In this document: positions 48,233-60,807 of the stretch, piece after piece
How the letters are laid out: every line of letters begins with the position of its first letter
Position numbering within the stretch: position 1 is the first letter of the stretch
DNA from: Trichosphaerium sp. ATCC 40318
Taxonomy: Eukaryota > Protista > Tubulinea
Assembly (NCBI GenBank): GCA_038496445.1
Contig: JALMLS010000328.1
Location: 62,001 to 126,000, forward strand
Direction: 5' to 3'
DNA: 64,000 bases
Position numbers and translations under genes: made by a program
Notes under the pieces: model-generated
What the model was told of the DNA's origin: nothing
Seen by the model: only the letters and a program-made list of their open reading frames with translations
Databases searched by the model: none

Positions 48233-48288
48233 TTTTTTTTTTTTTAGAATAAGAGGCAGCGCGCTAGCGCCTACTTTATTACATATGG
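48233..48288 (-). repeat. Second copy of the retroelement 3' tail
   Basis: atatgtaataaagtaggcgctagcgcgctgcctcttattct(A)n matches 15376-15426. Confidence 0.85.
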
Positions 48289-48894
48289 TTTTGTTACAAT
48301 TCAAGTTGATTACAATGTATTAGAATAAAAAAAAATAAAAAAAAATTATTTTCAATAAGTTTCTTCTCAACAGTATACTGATGTAAGACATAAATAGAGT
48401 TATTAGTAGCGAGTAATATGATGTAAAGGAAGGAAAGAAGGGGTTGGGGGGGAAATTTCCCCCCCAAGTAAAAAGAAAATCACTTTGTGAAACAGAGATG
48501 TGCATGGTTAGTTAAAACAATAGATTTCTACGCCTATTCATAGCCACGTGATCTATCGACAAAATTTTCGTGTGTCATCTGACGTGATGGAGCGTTTATT
48601 TATCAACCTATGAAGAAAGAAGCGTGCTCAACTCCTGATAGGAAAACCGACACTCAACGACAGTGGAGAGAAACGCCATCAATATACTGCAGTTTGTTTG
48701 ACGAAATCACAAGACAAATACTACAAATTGTTTGTAGGATTTTCGGATGTTACAAATACTTGTAACTCATACTCTCACCACTATGATGACCTCATAGCAA
48801 TGCTACATTTTGAAAAAATCATAAAACGGCAGCAGTTTTTTTGTAAAAAAAGTACAGAATTCAGTACACAACCTCAAACTACTTACACCTCATC

Positions 48895-51503
48895 ATGATG
48901 AAGCTCTTCTTTGTTTCAAGTATTCTCATGCTCTTTATACACGTATGTGTAGATCACCAAGGTCTAGGAATCATGCGTTAACATTGGTCTAGGTGCAGAA
49001 TTCAGTATGCCAGCTTAATTATCCAGTTACTGGCATTCAAGTTAACAAAGACTCTCTAAGTGACTATGCTGATTGGACGCCTTGCGTGAATGTTGCTTGG
49101 GGAGCAGAAATAGATTCTGAATTAGCTCAATGCTCAACAGAGGAAGACATAATGACTCTCATGGGGTGTGTTGGCAGTGATAATAACTTTATCGTCTATG
49201 GTACGTGTAAAAGTAAAAGACTTGGAAAAAAAAAAGGAAACAAGCTGCTTGTCATTTTATTCAACCTTGTGATAACTGAAGCTTGTTTATAACGTCACAC
49301 TCTCAAACTTACTCTTTTACAAGCAATTGGAAGTACAGAAGTCTTAACACAGGATCTAGCACCACTTCAGGAGTCAGAAACCCAAACTTTTATAAATGGT
49401 GCATATTGGTATCGTGGCGAAAATTCAATTGGGTTCACACCTATAAATACAATTAGACTTATTTCGTGTGATGGCAACTTGGACGGACAGTTAAATATGA
49501 AATTATGTTTCCATATATTTTTAGGTGGTTGGAGGTACGTTCTTGTTTGTAGTTTGGTTTGAATGCACATGCTAATTGTATCAAACAGGTGTGGTACAAG
49601 TACTACTATTAACGACTCACAAGGATTCAGAAAGATAATACTTCAAAAATTACCTCTCCCTCCAACAACCCTATCTCCAACACTACCGCCTACCACATTA
49701 CCTCCTACAACACTTCCACCGACAACACTCCCACCGACAACTTTACCGCCAACTACACTACCGCCTACTACTTTACCTCCTACAACATTACCTCCAACAA
49801 CATTACCTCCTACAACACTTCCACCGACTACAATGCCTCCAACCACTCTACCACCTACAACATTACCTCCAACAACACTACCGCCAACTACTTTACCGCC
49901 AACAACTTTACCTCCAACAACACTCCCACCAACTTTACCGCCAACCAGTCTACCACCAACCACTTTACCGCCAACAACTTTACCGCCAACAACACTACCG
50001 CCAACTACATTACCTCCAACAACATTACCGCCAACAACACTCCCACCAACCACTTTACCACCTACAACATTGCCACCAACAACATTACCTCCAACAACAT
50101 TACCTCCAACAACATTACCACCAACAACTTTACCACCAACAACATTACCGCCTACAACACTTCCACCAACAACATTACCACCAACAACACTACCGCCAAC
50201 CAGTCTACCACCAACATTACCGCCAACAACTTTACCACCAACAACACTACCGCCAACCAGTCTACCGCCAACAACATTGCCTCCAACCACGTTACCTCCA
50301 ACAACGCTTCCACCAACAACATTACCACCAACAACACTACCGCCAACCAGTCTACCACCAACAACATTGCCTCCAACAACGTTACCTCCAACAACCTTAC
50401 CACCAACAACGTTACCTCCAACAACACTACCGCCTACAACGCTCCCACCAACAACACTCCCACCGACAACATTACCACCCACATCGTTACCACCAACAAC
50501 ATTACCTCCCACTACACTATCGCCTACTACTTTGCCACCAACAACCTTACCACCAACCACTCTACCGCCAACCAGTCTACCACCAACAACATTACCGCCA
50601 ACAACTTTACCACCAACAACACTACCGCCAACCAGTCTACCACCAACAACATTGCCTCCAACAACATTACCTCCTACAACACTTCCACCAACTACATTGC
50701 CGCCTACTACTTTGCCGCCTACAACACTTCCACCAACTACACTCCCACCTACAACGATGTCCCCTACAACACTCCCACCAACCACTCTACCACCTACAAC
50801 ATTACCTCCAACAACACTACCGCCAACTACTTTACCGCCAACAACTTTACCGCCAACAACACTCCCACCAACCACTTTACCACCAACCACACTACCTCCT
50901 ACAACATTACTTCCAACGACACTTCCGCCTACAACGCTGCCTCCAACAACACTTCCACCATCAACACTGCCACCAACAACACTGCCGCCAACAACGCTCC
51001 CACCATCTACACTACCGCCAACGACACTACCACCTACAACTCTCCCTCCAACAACACTTCCACCAATGACTCTCCCTCCCACCACATTGCCTCCTACAAC
51101 GCTTCCACCAACAACATTAGCTCCCACTACACTACCGCCTACTACTTTGCCACCTACAACGCTTCCACCTACTACACTACCTCCTACAACATTGCCTCCA
51201 ACCACACTACCGCCTACAACGCTGCCTCCAACAACACTTCCACCGTCAACAGTTCCGCCTACAACGCTCCCACCAACTACACTACCGCCAACGACTACAA
51301 CTCTCCCACCAACAACACTTCCACCAACTACTTTACCACCAACAACCTCACATCCCACTACAATGCCACCACCAATGGCATTACCTCCAACTACACAATC
51401 ACCAACACCTACACCTCCACCAATAGGTGAAGGTCAAATACAGGCACCTGTTTGGCAATATAGAAAAAGATGTGTTAGACGACTATCAAAAAATGAACTG
51501 TAA
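48895..51503 (+). CDS. Secreted protein: Cys-containing N-terminal domain on a (PPTTL)n mucin stalk
   Basis: Signal peptide, exons containing NGAYWY..SIGF, and about 110 15-bp repeats at 49660-51345. Confidence 0.85.
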
Positions 51504-51820
51504 AACCAAATTAAACACTGTACCTTCTGATCCAACCAGACTCCATGAAAATGAATCAATAACCTAGCATGAGAAAAGCACATGCTAAAAATTGACTTGC
51601 GTCAACACGTGCCATAAGGAGTTTTGAAATACAAAAGCAGTTTTTTGTACCTATTACACTATTTTGGCATTATTGTATTTACAAAACTGGTTCAATTCCT
51701 TCTAACGTATAATAGACAGTAGCAACATCTCAGAAATAAGTGCACGAGCTTAGGTTATCTGGAAGACTTAATAGCTGACTAAGCCTTTGTCAAAAGATAA
51801 CCTTAGCACAAGCAATCACT

Positions 51821-52703
51821 ATGACAGATTCTTCACACGAACGTGCGCAACAAACTACTTTTTAGTTGTTTTAAAGCGTATTATACCTGCAACTGACTAT
51901 AAATCGTTCGTAGAGGCTGTTCTACCTCCTGAAGTATTAATGGTTGTCTCTGAACACCTTGGCGTTGCTGATTTTCTTTCGTTTTGCTCAATAAGCAAGT
52001 TTATAAGGTCTCTATGCCACCAAACGTTCGAAATAGGCAACGAGAGGCTATACAATTTCTTGGTTTACAAAAAGAAATACTATATAACTCTGAAACGACC
52101 TCAAACATGTATGTATAAGCTACCTGTGCGTAGTCCATGGAATAAAAGCGATTCAGACATGATAACTTACTGGTACGATAAAAATAAAGCCAAAACACTT
52201 TTTGTGTTTTTTTATTGTTTCTTTTTTTAGACTTTTTTCTTTAAGTTGCAACGTACCTGCTTAAGCTAGTATTTTGTTAAATAAACTGCTGTAGGTACAA
52301 AATAGAAGTCAATCCTTTGACTTTGTTTGTGAATAATGGAAATGGCACATTTTCCCGGACAACAGGACACGTGTCACATCATGATAAAGCAGCTGTAAAA
52401 CAGACACTGGTGCCATATGGCACGTGCTTTGGTTGTGAAGCTATGCAAAGAGATGACGGACGAGGTCTTATTGATTTAAGAGATACTCCTTTCACAGTCG
52501 TGTCATCATTCACTCATGCTGGATGCTCCTCAAAAGGTTCTGCTGTAGTAAGTAATAACCAGCAAGTTATACGTTTAACTGGTGGCGGTTACTGTGGTTG
52601 GATTTCACCTGAAAAAGCCAAAAGCGAAGTTGAATCTTATTCTGGTGGTTGGTTCATTCAATTAGCCACTTTACCGCCAGAAAAGGGTTGCGGCATATCT
52701 TAG
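51821..52703 (+). CDS. F-box + GON-domain protein
   Basis: LPPEVLMVVSEHL..FCSISK F-box. T.W|YKIEVNPLTL..TFS..PYGT..C..G..IDLRDTPF..GGGYCGW matches the GON consensus. Confidence 0.75.
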
Positions 52704-52915
52704 ATGTTGTTTGAAATGCACAATAAATACTTCAAGCCCGTCATCGTGTCCGAGTTCTGCAAGTTAACTATTCAACTTGGTTAACAACGACTTGTCTTTA
52801 TTACTTCTTTAGTGCCACTAGTTCAACTTTGTTGCCAGGTTTATAGTAGCAATGACATTGACTGTTTATCAACTTGCTGCTATGGTACTTGTTGCAGTCT
52901 CCATAGTAAAGCACT

Positions 52916-53698
52916 ATGCAATGTTTCGTCCCAGCTCATGGCGTACTGCACCTTACAGACTTACCAATTGAAATAATAGCTCATATTCTCAAACAAGGCG
53001 CTTTTACACTCCATTCAGCACAAACTTGCCGCTTATTACGAGATATCGTCCACTACAATGTGGGATACGGGGTAATAAAGGTTAAAAGCAGTGACGAAAT
53101 ATCCGTTCTTTCTGGAAGCCCTTTACTCCGAAGTACCTCTATTTCTACTGCTTTGATATCAGCGTTTATCAGTGATAGTGATTTGTACTTACTGGAGGGT
53201 GTACGTTCTATTGATTTACAAGAAACAGATATTACAGACAATGGCTTGAAGATGTTGGCTGGAGTACATACAATAAATTTGTCATGTTGCAGCTATGTAA
53301 CAGATGAAGGTGTCAAGGCATTGGCTGGTGTACACACAATCGATTTATCGGTCTCTAGGGTAACAGATGAAGGCGTCCAAGCTTTGGCAGGTGTACACAC
53401 AATTAACTTAGCAAATACTGTAGTAACAGATGAAAGCATGAAGGCTTTGGCTGGTGTTCATACAATCAACTTGTCGTGTTGCTATAACATAACAGATTAT
53501 GGAGTCAAGCATCTGGCTGGTGTACATACTATTGACTTAGAAAGTACATTGATTACAGATGAAGGTTTGAAGGAGTTAGTTGGTGTTCATACTATATCTT
53601 TAGCAAATACACAAGCAAGTAAAGTTGGTGTCAAGGTATTGATTGGTGTATGTAACGTTGTATGGGATAGTGATGTTGTTATAATCACAACTTTATGA
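52916..53698 (+). CDS. Intronless F-box + LRR protein
   Basis: LTDLPIEIIAHIL F-box and about 6 LRRs. Close paralog of the 12918 and 43642 genes. Confidence 0.92.
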   Translation: MQCFVPAHGVLHLTDLPIEIIAHILKQGAFTLHSAQTCRLLRDIVHYNVGYGVIKVKSSDEISVLSGSPLLRSTSISTALISAFISDSDLYLLEGVRSIDLQETDITDNGLKMLAGVHTINLSCCSYVTDEGVKALAGVHTIDLSVSRVTDEGVQALAGVHTINLANTVVTDESMKALAGVHTINLSCCYNITDYGVKHLAGVHTIDLESTLITDEGLKELVGVHTISLANTQASKVGVKVLIGVCNVVWDSDVVIITTL

Positions 53699-54805
53699 AA
53701 TAGAGATGTCTTGTGTTTTCAGCTGCATTTCAACGCTCATCTCACCCTCTGTATCAAATGTTGCTGCTCATAGTAAAAGATAGATTGCACTTAAGTGGTA
53801 AGGAGTATTTAGAGTATCATTTAGCGTAGTGAATGTTCATATCCGTCATTCTTTCAGATTAATATATCCAGAATTCTCCTTGACTAGTACCTGTAAAAAC
53901 TTGTCCTATAGCCAGCTAAGTTACACTACTTTATTACTGAGTATGATTACCACTATTACGACTTATCTTGATCACGCACTACAGATGACTTAAATACTTG
54001 TTTATTATTATCAAAACAAATCAATCTTATTTCTTCTTGCATCTCCCTAGTGTACACGTGTCTTTTTTTTATTAATTTAAATCAATGAGCGGGTTTTAAA
54101 TTTGTATGTTTCAAGAACCTGTCGATTTATCTTCTTCTCGCCTACTCTTATGCTTTCCATTTGATTCTGAGTGATATTCTTTTAATAAATCAACAACACG
54201 ACAATTCACTTTTGCTAGGTTATGTTTTATCTTTTTGAATTGGTTTATCTCAATATTGATAACACTAATCTCTAAATAATACACATTAATACATAGTGAG
54301 TGGAGTGGTCAGAAAGATAAGCACAAAGTTGTGTATTGGTAAATATTTTTGAATTCAAACAAATATGTCATAATTTTAGGCAACTACAAGCACGCACGTG
54401 CGAGAATTTTCTTTTTTTAAAGTGTCACGATGTTTGATTATGCTCAACGTTGAAGTAACGTTCATCAAACAAAGGTTCAACGGCAAATTTGCGAAAAAGA
54501 GTGTTGTAAGTTTTTTTTATCAACGTACTTTTTTTTGTTCCTGATGATTGTGCCAGGCAATAATTAGCTATTTGAGCAACGAGATCATTTGAAGTCGTTC
54601 CATTAGAATCACATTTGATTTCACCAGCAGCTAGAACTTGTTGATAACAGTGTAATTTACCTAAAAGCCGAACATCTACAAGAGAATTAATATAAAACAA
54701 AAAACCAGATTGTCTTTTTCGGAAAAAAATCAGAATGACAGGCGGCTAAAACTCAATAGAAAGTTCGCTGGTTTATGTAATACAATAAATTAAGAGTAAA
54801 GATTA

Positions 54806-56414
54806 TTAGAATAAGAAAAGAGCGAAAAAAACAAAGCCAAGTGTATTTGACAAAAGAACGAAAAACATTGAAAGAAAAGTGCTTTTTTTCTGGGTTTGTT
54901 TTTGCGTGCCTCTAAAAAACACAAAAGGTGCTGGCTCGTCCTTGACTGACATTCTATATATCCCAATGTCTGTAACAAACTCTTGTTTTGCTTGAAAATG
55001 TATATGCTTTACACGTGATACATCAAGTTTGTGGATTTCCAGAGAGAACATTATTTTCGTTACTTTGTAATGACCTTGATATGCTTCATCCTTGATATGA
55101 TGATGTATATTATCAACACCGCATATAGTATTCTTTAGTACTCTGTACTTATATAACAAATTTCTTAGCTGAAGCTTACGCTTCTTTATCAGCTCTAGTA
55201 ATGAGAATAAGATGAGAAAATGGACAAGGACACGCGCTTTCATCAAAAAAGTTCTACAAAAAAAAAATTCGTTTGGCGTTCACATTGAAGTTGCGGTCTT
55301 AGACGCGCCCATATTTTGCATGTTGTGATGTCAATGTTAGGTTCGAGATAAAGTGTTGACAAAGAAAAGGAAAAAGGAAAGTTGAGATGAGTACCTTGAG
55401 CCCATTCTTTGCTTACATAATGTACGGCATACATTTTTAGTGTTTTTGAATCTCCTTTCATTGGCTTTGTTTTTCTTACACGCTGTACAACTCTTTATAA
55501 AATAACAATCATTATCATCAGTATAAACACTTAATTACAAAATCTATTAAATCTATAAAGTTTCTTACCTTTCACCTTGACGTTGGTACCACTTGTTGAT
55601 TTTATAAAAATTTCTTGTTGTTGGTATTAATGTTTTTGTACCAGAATGACTTAAAGCCAAAACACGTGTTTCGAACGTCTCTGAATCAGTAATTACTAAA
55701 TGGCGTACAAACTTGCCTAATATTATCAGTTATAATACTATTGTGTATTATCACGTGAATTTTATAAAAAAACACGTGATAACATACCGCTAGTTGGAGT
55801 CCAGAGTAAAATAAATTCTTCAACTGACATTTGAGAATTAGTAATTTTGTGTTTAACTTTATCGTTCTTCTGAGGTGGTACGAATAGGTGTATACACTTT
55901 GTGTCTTTGTTTGTTTGTAATGCAAGTATTATTTTATCTCTAGACGTAAGCTCGTAGGAGAGGTGGTGATATATATCTAGATAACTGAAAATAAAGGTAA
56001 ACAAAAAAAATACTTCCGTTTCAAAAAACCAAAATTCGTTCGTACCCGTTTATTGCGTTCTGTAGAAACCGAGAGCACTCTTGTCTAGCTTGCTGAGACT
56101 GATGAAAATGAAAGCTAACCGCTCTGACTTGATCTAATCTATTAACCTACAAACAAGTCAGTAATCCGAAAAGACACTAAAAAAAAACCATGTGACTTGA
56201 AAACAAAACAAAAAAAAAGCCAAACAGCTGCGCTAAATGTTACAACACATAGTGGTTTTTTTACCTCTTTTGGTTCGGCATTATCGACTATACAATGCAT
56301 CTGATGCCTCTTCCAATCAGATAATTGACATTGAGCAGAACAATAGTAAGCCATTTTACATGCTCCACAACGTAAATCACCAGGATTGTAACAGAAATGG
56401 CATAATGGCAACAT
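54806..56414 (-). CDS. MYND zinc-finger protein (multi-exon)
   Basis: CHFC..LRCGACKMAYYCSAQCQLSDWKRHQMHC. Linkage to the downstream exons is inferred. Confidence 0.8.
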
Positions 56415-57439
56415 TTCTTTTTCGCCTAGAAATTCTAATGTTAACAGAAATTTATTGTCGATAGCAAACTTTTTGTAAAAGCGTAATTCAGTTTTTATAA
56501 AGGACCGAGGTTTATTGACGTATATAGCGTACTAACCGCAATGGCAATCTCCAAAAGGGAAAAAAAAACGTGATTTACGAAAAAAATAAAAAAAAAAAGA
56601 AACGCCAACGCTTGTGAAAGCGAGGGTTAATGACGTATTGTATTTTGGTAGTAAAAGTGTGAAAATGGGTGAAATTGAATTAAAATACATGAACCGATAA
56701 TTAATTGTAAATTTTCTATTCAAAACGTGGGGTATCACGTGTAGATTTAAAAAAAAGCCAAAAAGAATAAATCATGTTTCAGTTGGGTTTTTTTTTGACT
56801 AGCGTCGCTTTATTTATAATACTAGGTCTTTATGTACCTTCTGCAGCCATATTCTATCCAGGTGTATTATAAAAAAAGCCACGTGTTTTACCTAAGAGCG
56901 AAAGAAGCAGATTGTGAGCATCAATCAAAAAAAAACTAAATACGACTTTATATGACTAAACGCAGTAATGCTCGCAATCGAAACAATGTAACAGTACATC
57001 CAAGAGACTGTATATACCGTTTTAATTAAGCTTACTTTAGGTAAAAACAGTTCAACATATCACGTGGATTTGACAAAGGAAGTAGTTGTCGTTAAGCTAT
57101 GTCGCCTTGTAGATTGCGTGCTTCTTTGGAATAACTACGCACTTAATTGACTATTCTCATAAAATTCTGTTTGTTCACTGTGGCTTTTATGATGTTATCT
57201 TCGTTGCTATTGCATGCCTGCTAGTGTTAGCATAAGTAGGCGTACTGCCCTGAGCGGATTTAGATAAGTAAGACAGTTATGAGCAAAAAACTTGCTTATT
57301 TATTTACAATTACAAAAAGAAGAAAGACAAGTAGTATGAACTTGTCACCTGTTTTTTTTCTATTCAAGGCTCATCTCCAAACAACAAAAAAAAAGAAATA
57401 AAATTCTGATTATTTGAAGAAGTATAAAAGCAATGCTCT

Positions 57440-58850
57440 TTAGAGAGGTCGACCAGGAGAATTAGGGACAGCTGAGGCGTAGTTCCAGTAAAACGACGAC
57501 ATGACATTTTTCAATTTTTCCTAAAAGTAACAAAAAAAGTTAGAACATGTCACCAATAGTTCACAGTTATAAACTCAAAATATGGTGACTTGCGGTTAAT
57601 TAAAAAAGTACAATTAAGCAGTAGCAATAGAAAACTACAAAGGTTTTGACATGACAAGATCACAAAAATAAAAATTCTGATGTCAAATAAAGCATGATAG
57701 TGCGTTTCACTCAAATTAAGCCAGGTAGCGTCAAAGAAGGTACCCAAGAAATGCGGGGTTTTGAGCTAAAACTCAACGCTCAACTTGACTGAAAACAGCC
57801 CAAGCTTAAATTGACTGAAAGCGCACAAAATAACATAACTTCATTTTTTTTTCTCTGAGAAATGTTGACAACCAGTACAACAGAAATGTAAAGAAAAAAA
57901 CAGAGACGTACTTTGTCCTCAACAGTTGGTTCAGGTTCAGGTTCTTCTTTTGGCTTCTCAGTCTTTGAAGAATCATTTTGTTCTGTTTTAGACTTGCCAG
58001 CACCTTTAGGTGCTTTTTTTGTTTCTTCTCTTGCACTAGAAGGCGCACGAGGGCTAGGAGAAGGACTAGATCTTGGTGTCTTCTCTTTAACAAGTCTAGG
58101 ACTTGTTGACGGTTCTCTTGAACTCTTAGGTTGCTCTCGAGGTGATGGAGAAGGTGAAGGAGCTGGTTTTTTCTTTTGTTTTTTATGTTTTTTATGTTTT
58201 GGCTTTTCTGTCGGTGCCACAATACGTGGGGTTGTATCTATAGGTTCAACAGGTTCACTATCTTCTGAAGATGCCTTTGGAGATGTCAAAGGAGTAGTAT
58301 CCTCTGAACGTGCAGTAGAAGGCGCACTATCTTCATTTTGCTCCTCTTCATCAACCTTTCGCGCTGGTGGCTAAAATAAACACGTTAGTTAGTTTAAAGG
58401 TATTAAAGCGTACTGCTCGCTTTGGTCTTGGTCCATTAACGCCACCCTGAAGAAAGATTTAGCGAAAAACGAAATAAACTCCGACTGTTTTATCGTGTTG
58501 AAAGTACTACCAAAACGTTCACTGCATTTGTTTTCGCTGTTACAAAAACTTTTCGGCCGTTTTGATTTAAAAGGCGTCAGAGTGTTTACCTTTTTTACTC
58601 CAGGGTTTGGTCCTCTTGCTGATGTTCTAGAACGCGAAGAGCTTGGGCCCTATTAACAAAGCTTAGACCAATAATGTGCTTTGGAGTATTTTTCGTCGTG
58701 TATACACCAAACTTGGAATACAGTGACGCCATAACAACAGAAAGCGTGTCAATGATAAAGAGCGAAGTGGTTTGTTTGTGTCAAACCACGAGAAGCTTAA
58801 AAAACTTACTTGTGAACGCGGTGATGGTCCTAATTGCCTACCTATGCGGT
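57440..58850 (-). CDS. Pro/Ser/Lys/Glu-rich low-complexity multi-exon protein
   Basis: Long coding exon at ~57912-58371 plus small exons with GT-AG sites. The 5' end was not located. Confidence 0.65.
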
Positions 58851-59846
58851 TTTAGTACAAATCTTGGAAGATAAAACACGTACGCTCTTTTTGAGTTTTG
58901 TCGATTTCTTTAAACTTGTTCAAAATTGAAGAGAAGTCCTTTTTGGAAGACTAGGGAGTAGTAAGTACTACCACAGAGTACCCTTTACATACCATTGTTT
59001 GGCGCTATGTATTTGTAATGGAATGACGTTGTAACTCGTTAAAACGCTGTCGGAAGGTCAATAAAACGTATAGCCAACAATATTGTGCTTTTCACTAAAA
59101 AGGAAAACCGCGGGACGTACGTGTAAGACAAACACTTCGATTAGTTGCGTGTATCAACCTATTGACTGTTTGGCAAGGTTAAGATTGAACAAATGTTGAC
59201 TTTGTTATGTCGCGATCTTACAAGCATTCAATTAGCACGTAGCATAAAGGACTGCATATTTAATACAAAAAACAGCGTTGTCTTGTTACAGTACATTTTT
59301 TTTTTTCGAAAGTGTTTCTGGGCGGCATCCAATACCCTCCCTGATGCTTTACACTTCCTAGAACGTACAAGTAGACTATGTGGTGTTCTTTATGACAACG
59401 AACTCTCCCTCATACCAAAAAAAAAAACGCATGGAAGCAAACCGCTTGTACAAGCATTGCAAGTACAAAAAAAACGTAAACCGTGAGGATTTGAGTATTT
59501 GCGTGAAGAGTACTAGAATCTACAGAGTTTTTCGTTCACCTATTCAAAAAGGGAATAAACAACTCTGGCGTAATTACGTTATTAATGGCAAGAACATCAA
59601 CTACAATATTGCAATGAGTAAACGTCTCATTCATTCACAGGATTGCTATCAACTCTAGACACGTTGTTCGTAATAACTTTATCAAGTATTTCCGTTACGA
59701 TTTTTTTTTACCTGTCAAACTCTGATCACGCGATCAAAATTTTGAGTCAAATCTCATTCCGTTGATACTCCTATTTTAACTGTTCCGTCTCAATTACGGC
59801 AATACCTCATCAAGCTACAAAAACGATCGTTGTACTATACTCTCAC

Positions 59847-60239
59847 ATGACACAGTGTAATCGAAAATCAATGCTACCACGACAAGTCCGCAGCAACAGT
59901 CTCCCTCTATCAGCAACGAAAACAAGACTACAAACTATCCTAGTACCTTCTATAGACTTGGAGAACCTCCGAAAGCATTGTAGAGAGTGCAATGACTACA
60001 GAAACACTTTTTTTTTCTGTTCCTTTAAATGTAGACATAACTACGATGTAAAGAAGAGAAATGCGATGGTTCCAAAAGAAAGATTATTAACACAAACACA
60101 TGTACGAAAACACGCCGATGAACGTTGGCTTGGTGTAAAAAAAGAATCAACAGAAAATCAAACAACGAAATTGAAAGGTACAATTGTTGTTGGTAAGCGC
60201 TTGGAACGACAACTAAGCATGGAAAGGCACTTTGAGTAG
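59847..60239 (+). CDS. Small basic protein with a CxxC..FCSxxC (TRASH/FCS-like) motif
   Basis: HCRECNDYRNTFFFCSFKC within a 130-aa intronless ORF. Confidence 0.5.
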   Translation: MTQCNRKSMLPRQVRSNSLPLSATKTRLQTILVPSIDLENLRKHCRECNDYRNTFFFCSFKCRHNYDVKKRNAMVPKERLLTQTHVRKHADERWLGVKKESTENQTTKLKGTIVVGKRLERQLSMERHFE

Positions 60240-60807
60240 TGGTATGTATTTTAGTAGTACAATAAATTGTAAAATAAGAGTTAGTATGATAAATAATAAA
60301 TGTATAACACGTTCATAAACAGTATCGAGGTTGAGTTGCAAAAAAAAAACATGTGCTATTTTCTGAAAAAACAATTTTCAGCTATTGACAGGCTAATACT
60401 AATGCTATACACGCATTCAACTATCGCGATTAATACTGTAGATATCAGAATATAGACCGATTTTATGATGTGAGGATGTCGTCATCAAAACAAGAACGAA
60501 GAAGACTTCGTCTAAATATAGAAAAAAAAAAAACTGCATTTGTAACATTCATGTGACTTTTAATGTCAAAAATCCATTTCTCCATTATTTCGGCCAAATC
60601 CGCACAAAAAACGTTGTGTTTTTTACTGTTATTAATGTACAGGCTAATTATTTACAAGTTTTTTTCCTTTTTTTTTGTTTTCCTTTCTAGTTTCTTTTTT
60701 GACGCTACCAACCATAAAAACTACATTTTTATAGTATGTTGACGGTCATGCCGATACTTTTTCTTTAACCTTTTTTCTTTTTTTTTTTTTTTTTGGTCAT
60801 TTTTTTT

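Noticed and set aside
48444-48467. G7-AAATTT-C7 hairpin (and a small hairpin at ~8916-8933) as Helitron ends
   Set aside because: No properly placed CTRR terminus or other supporting features.
49643-51358. 571-aa antisense ORF of (VVGG)n
   Set aside because: It is the stop-free mirror of the PPTTL repeat; the + strand has the signal peptide and exons.
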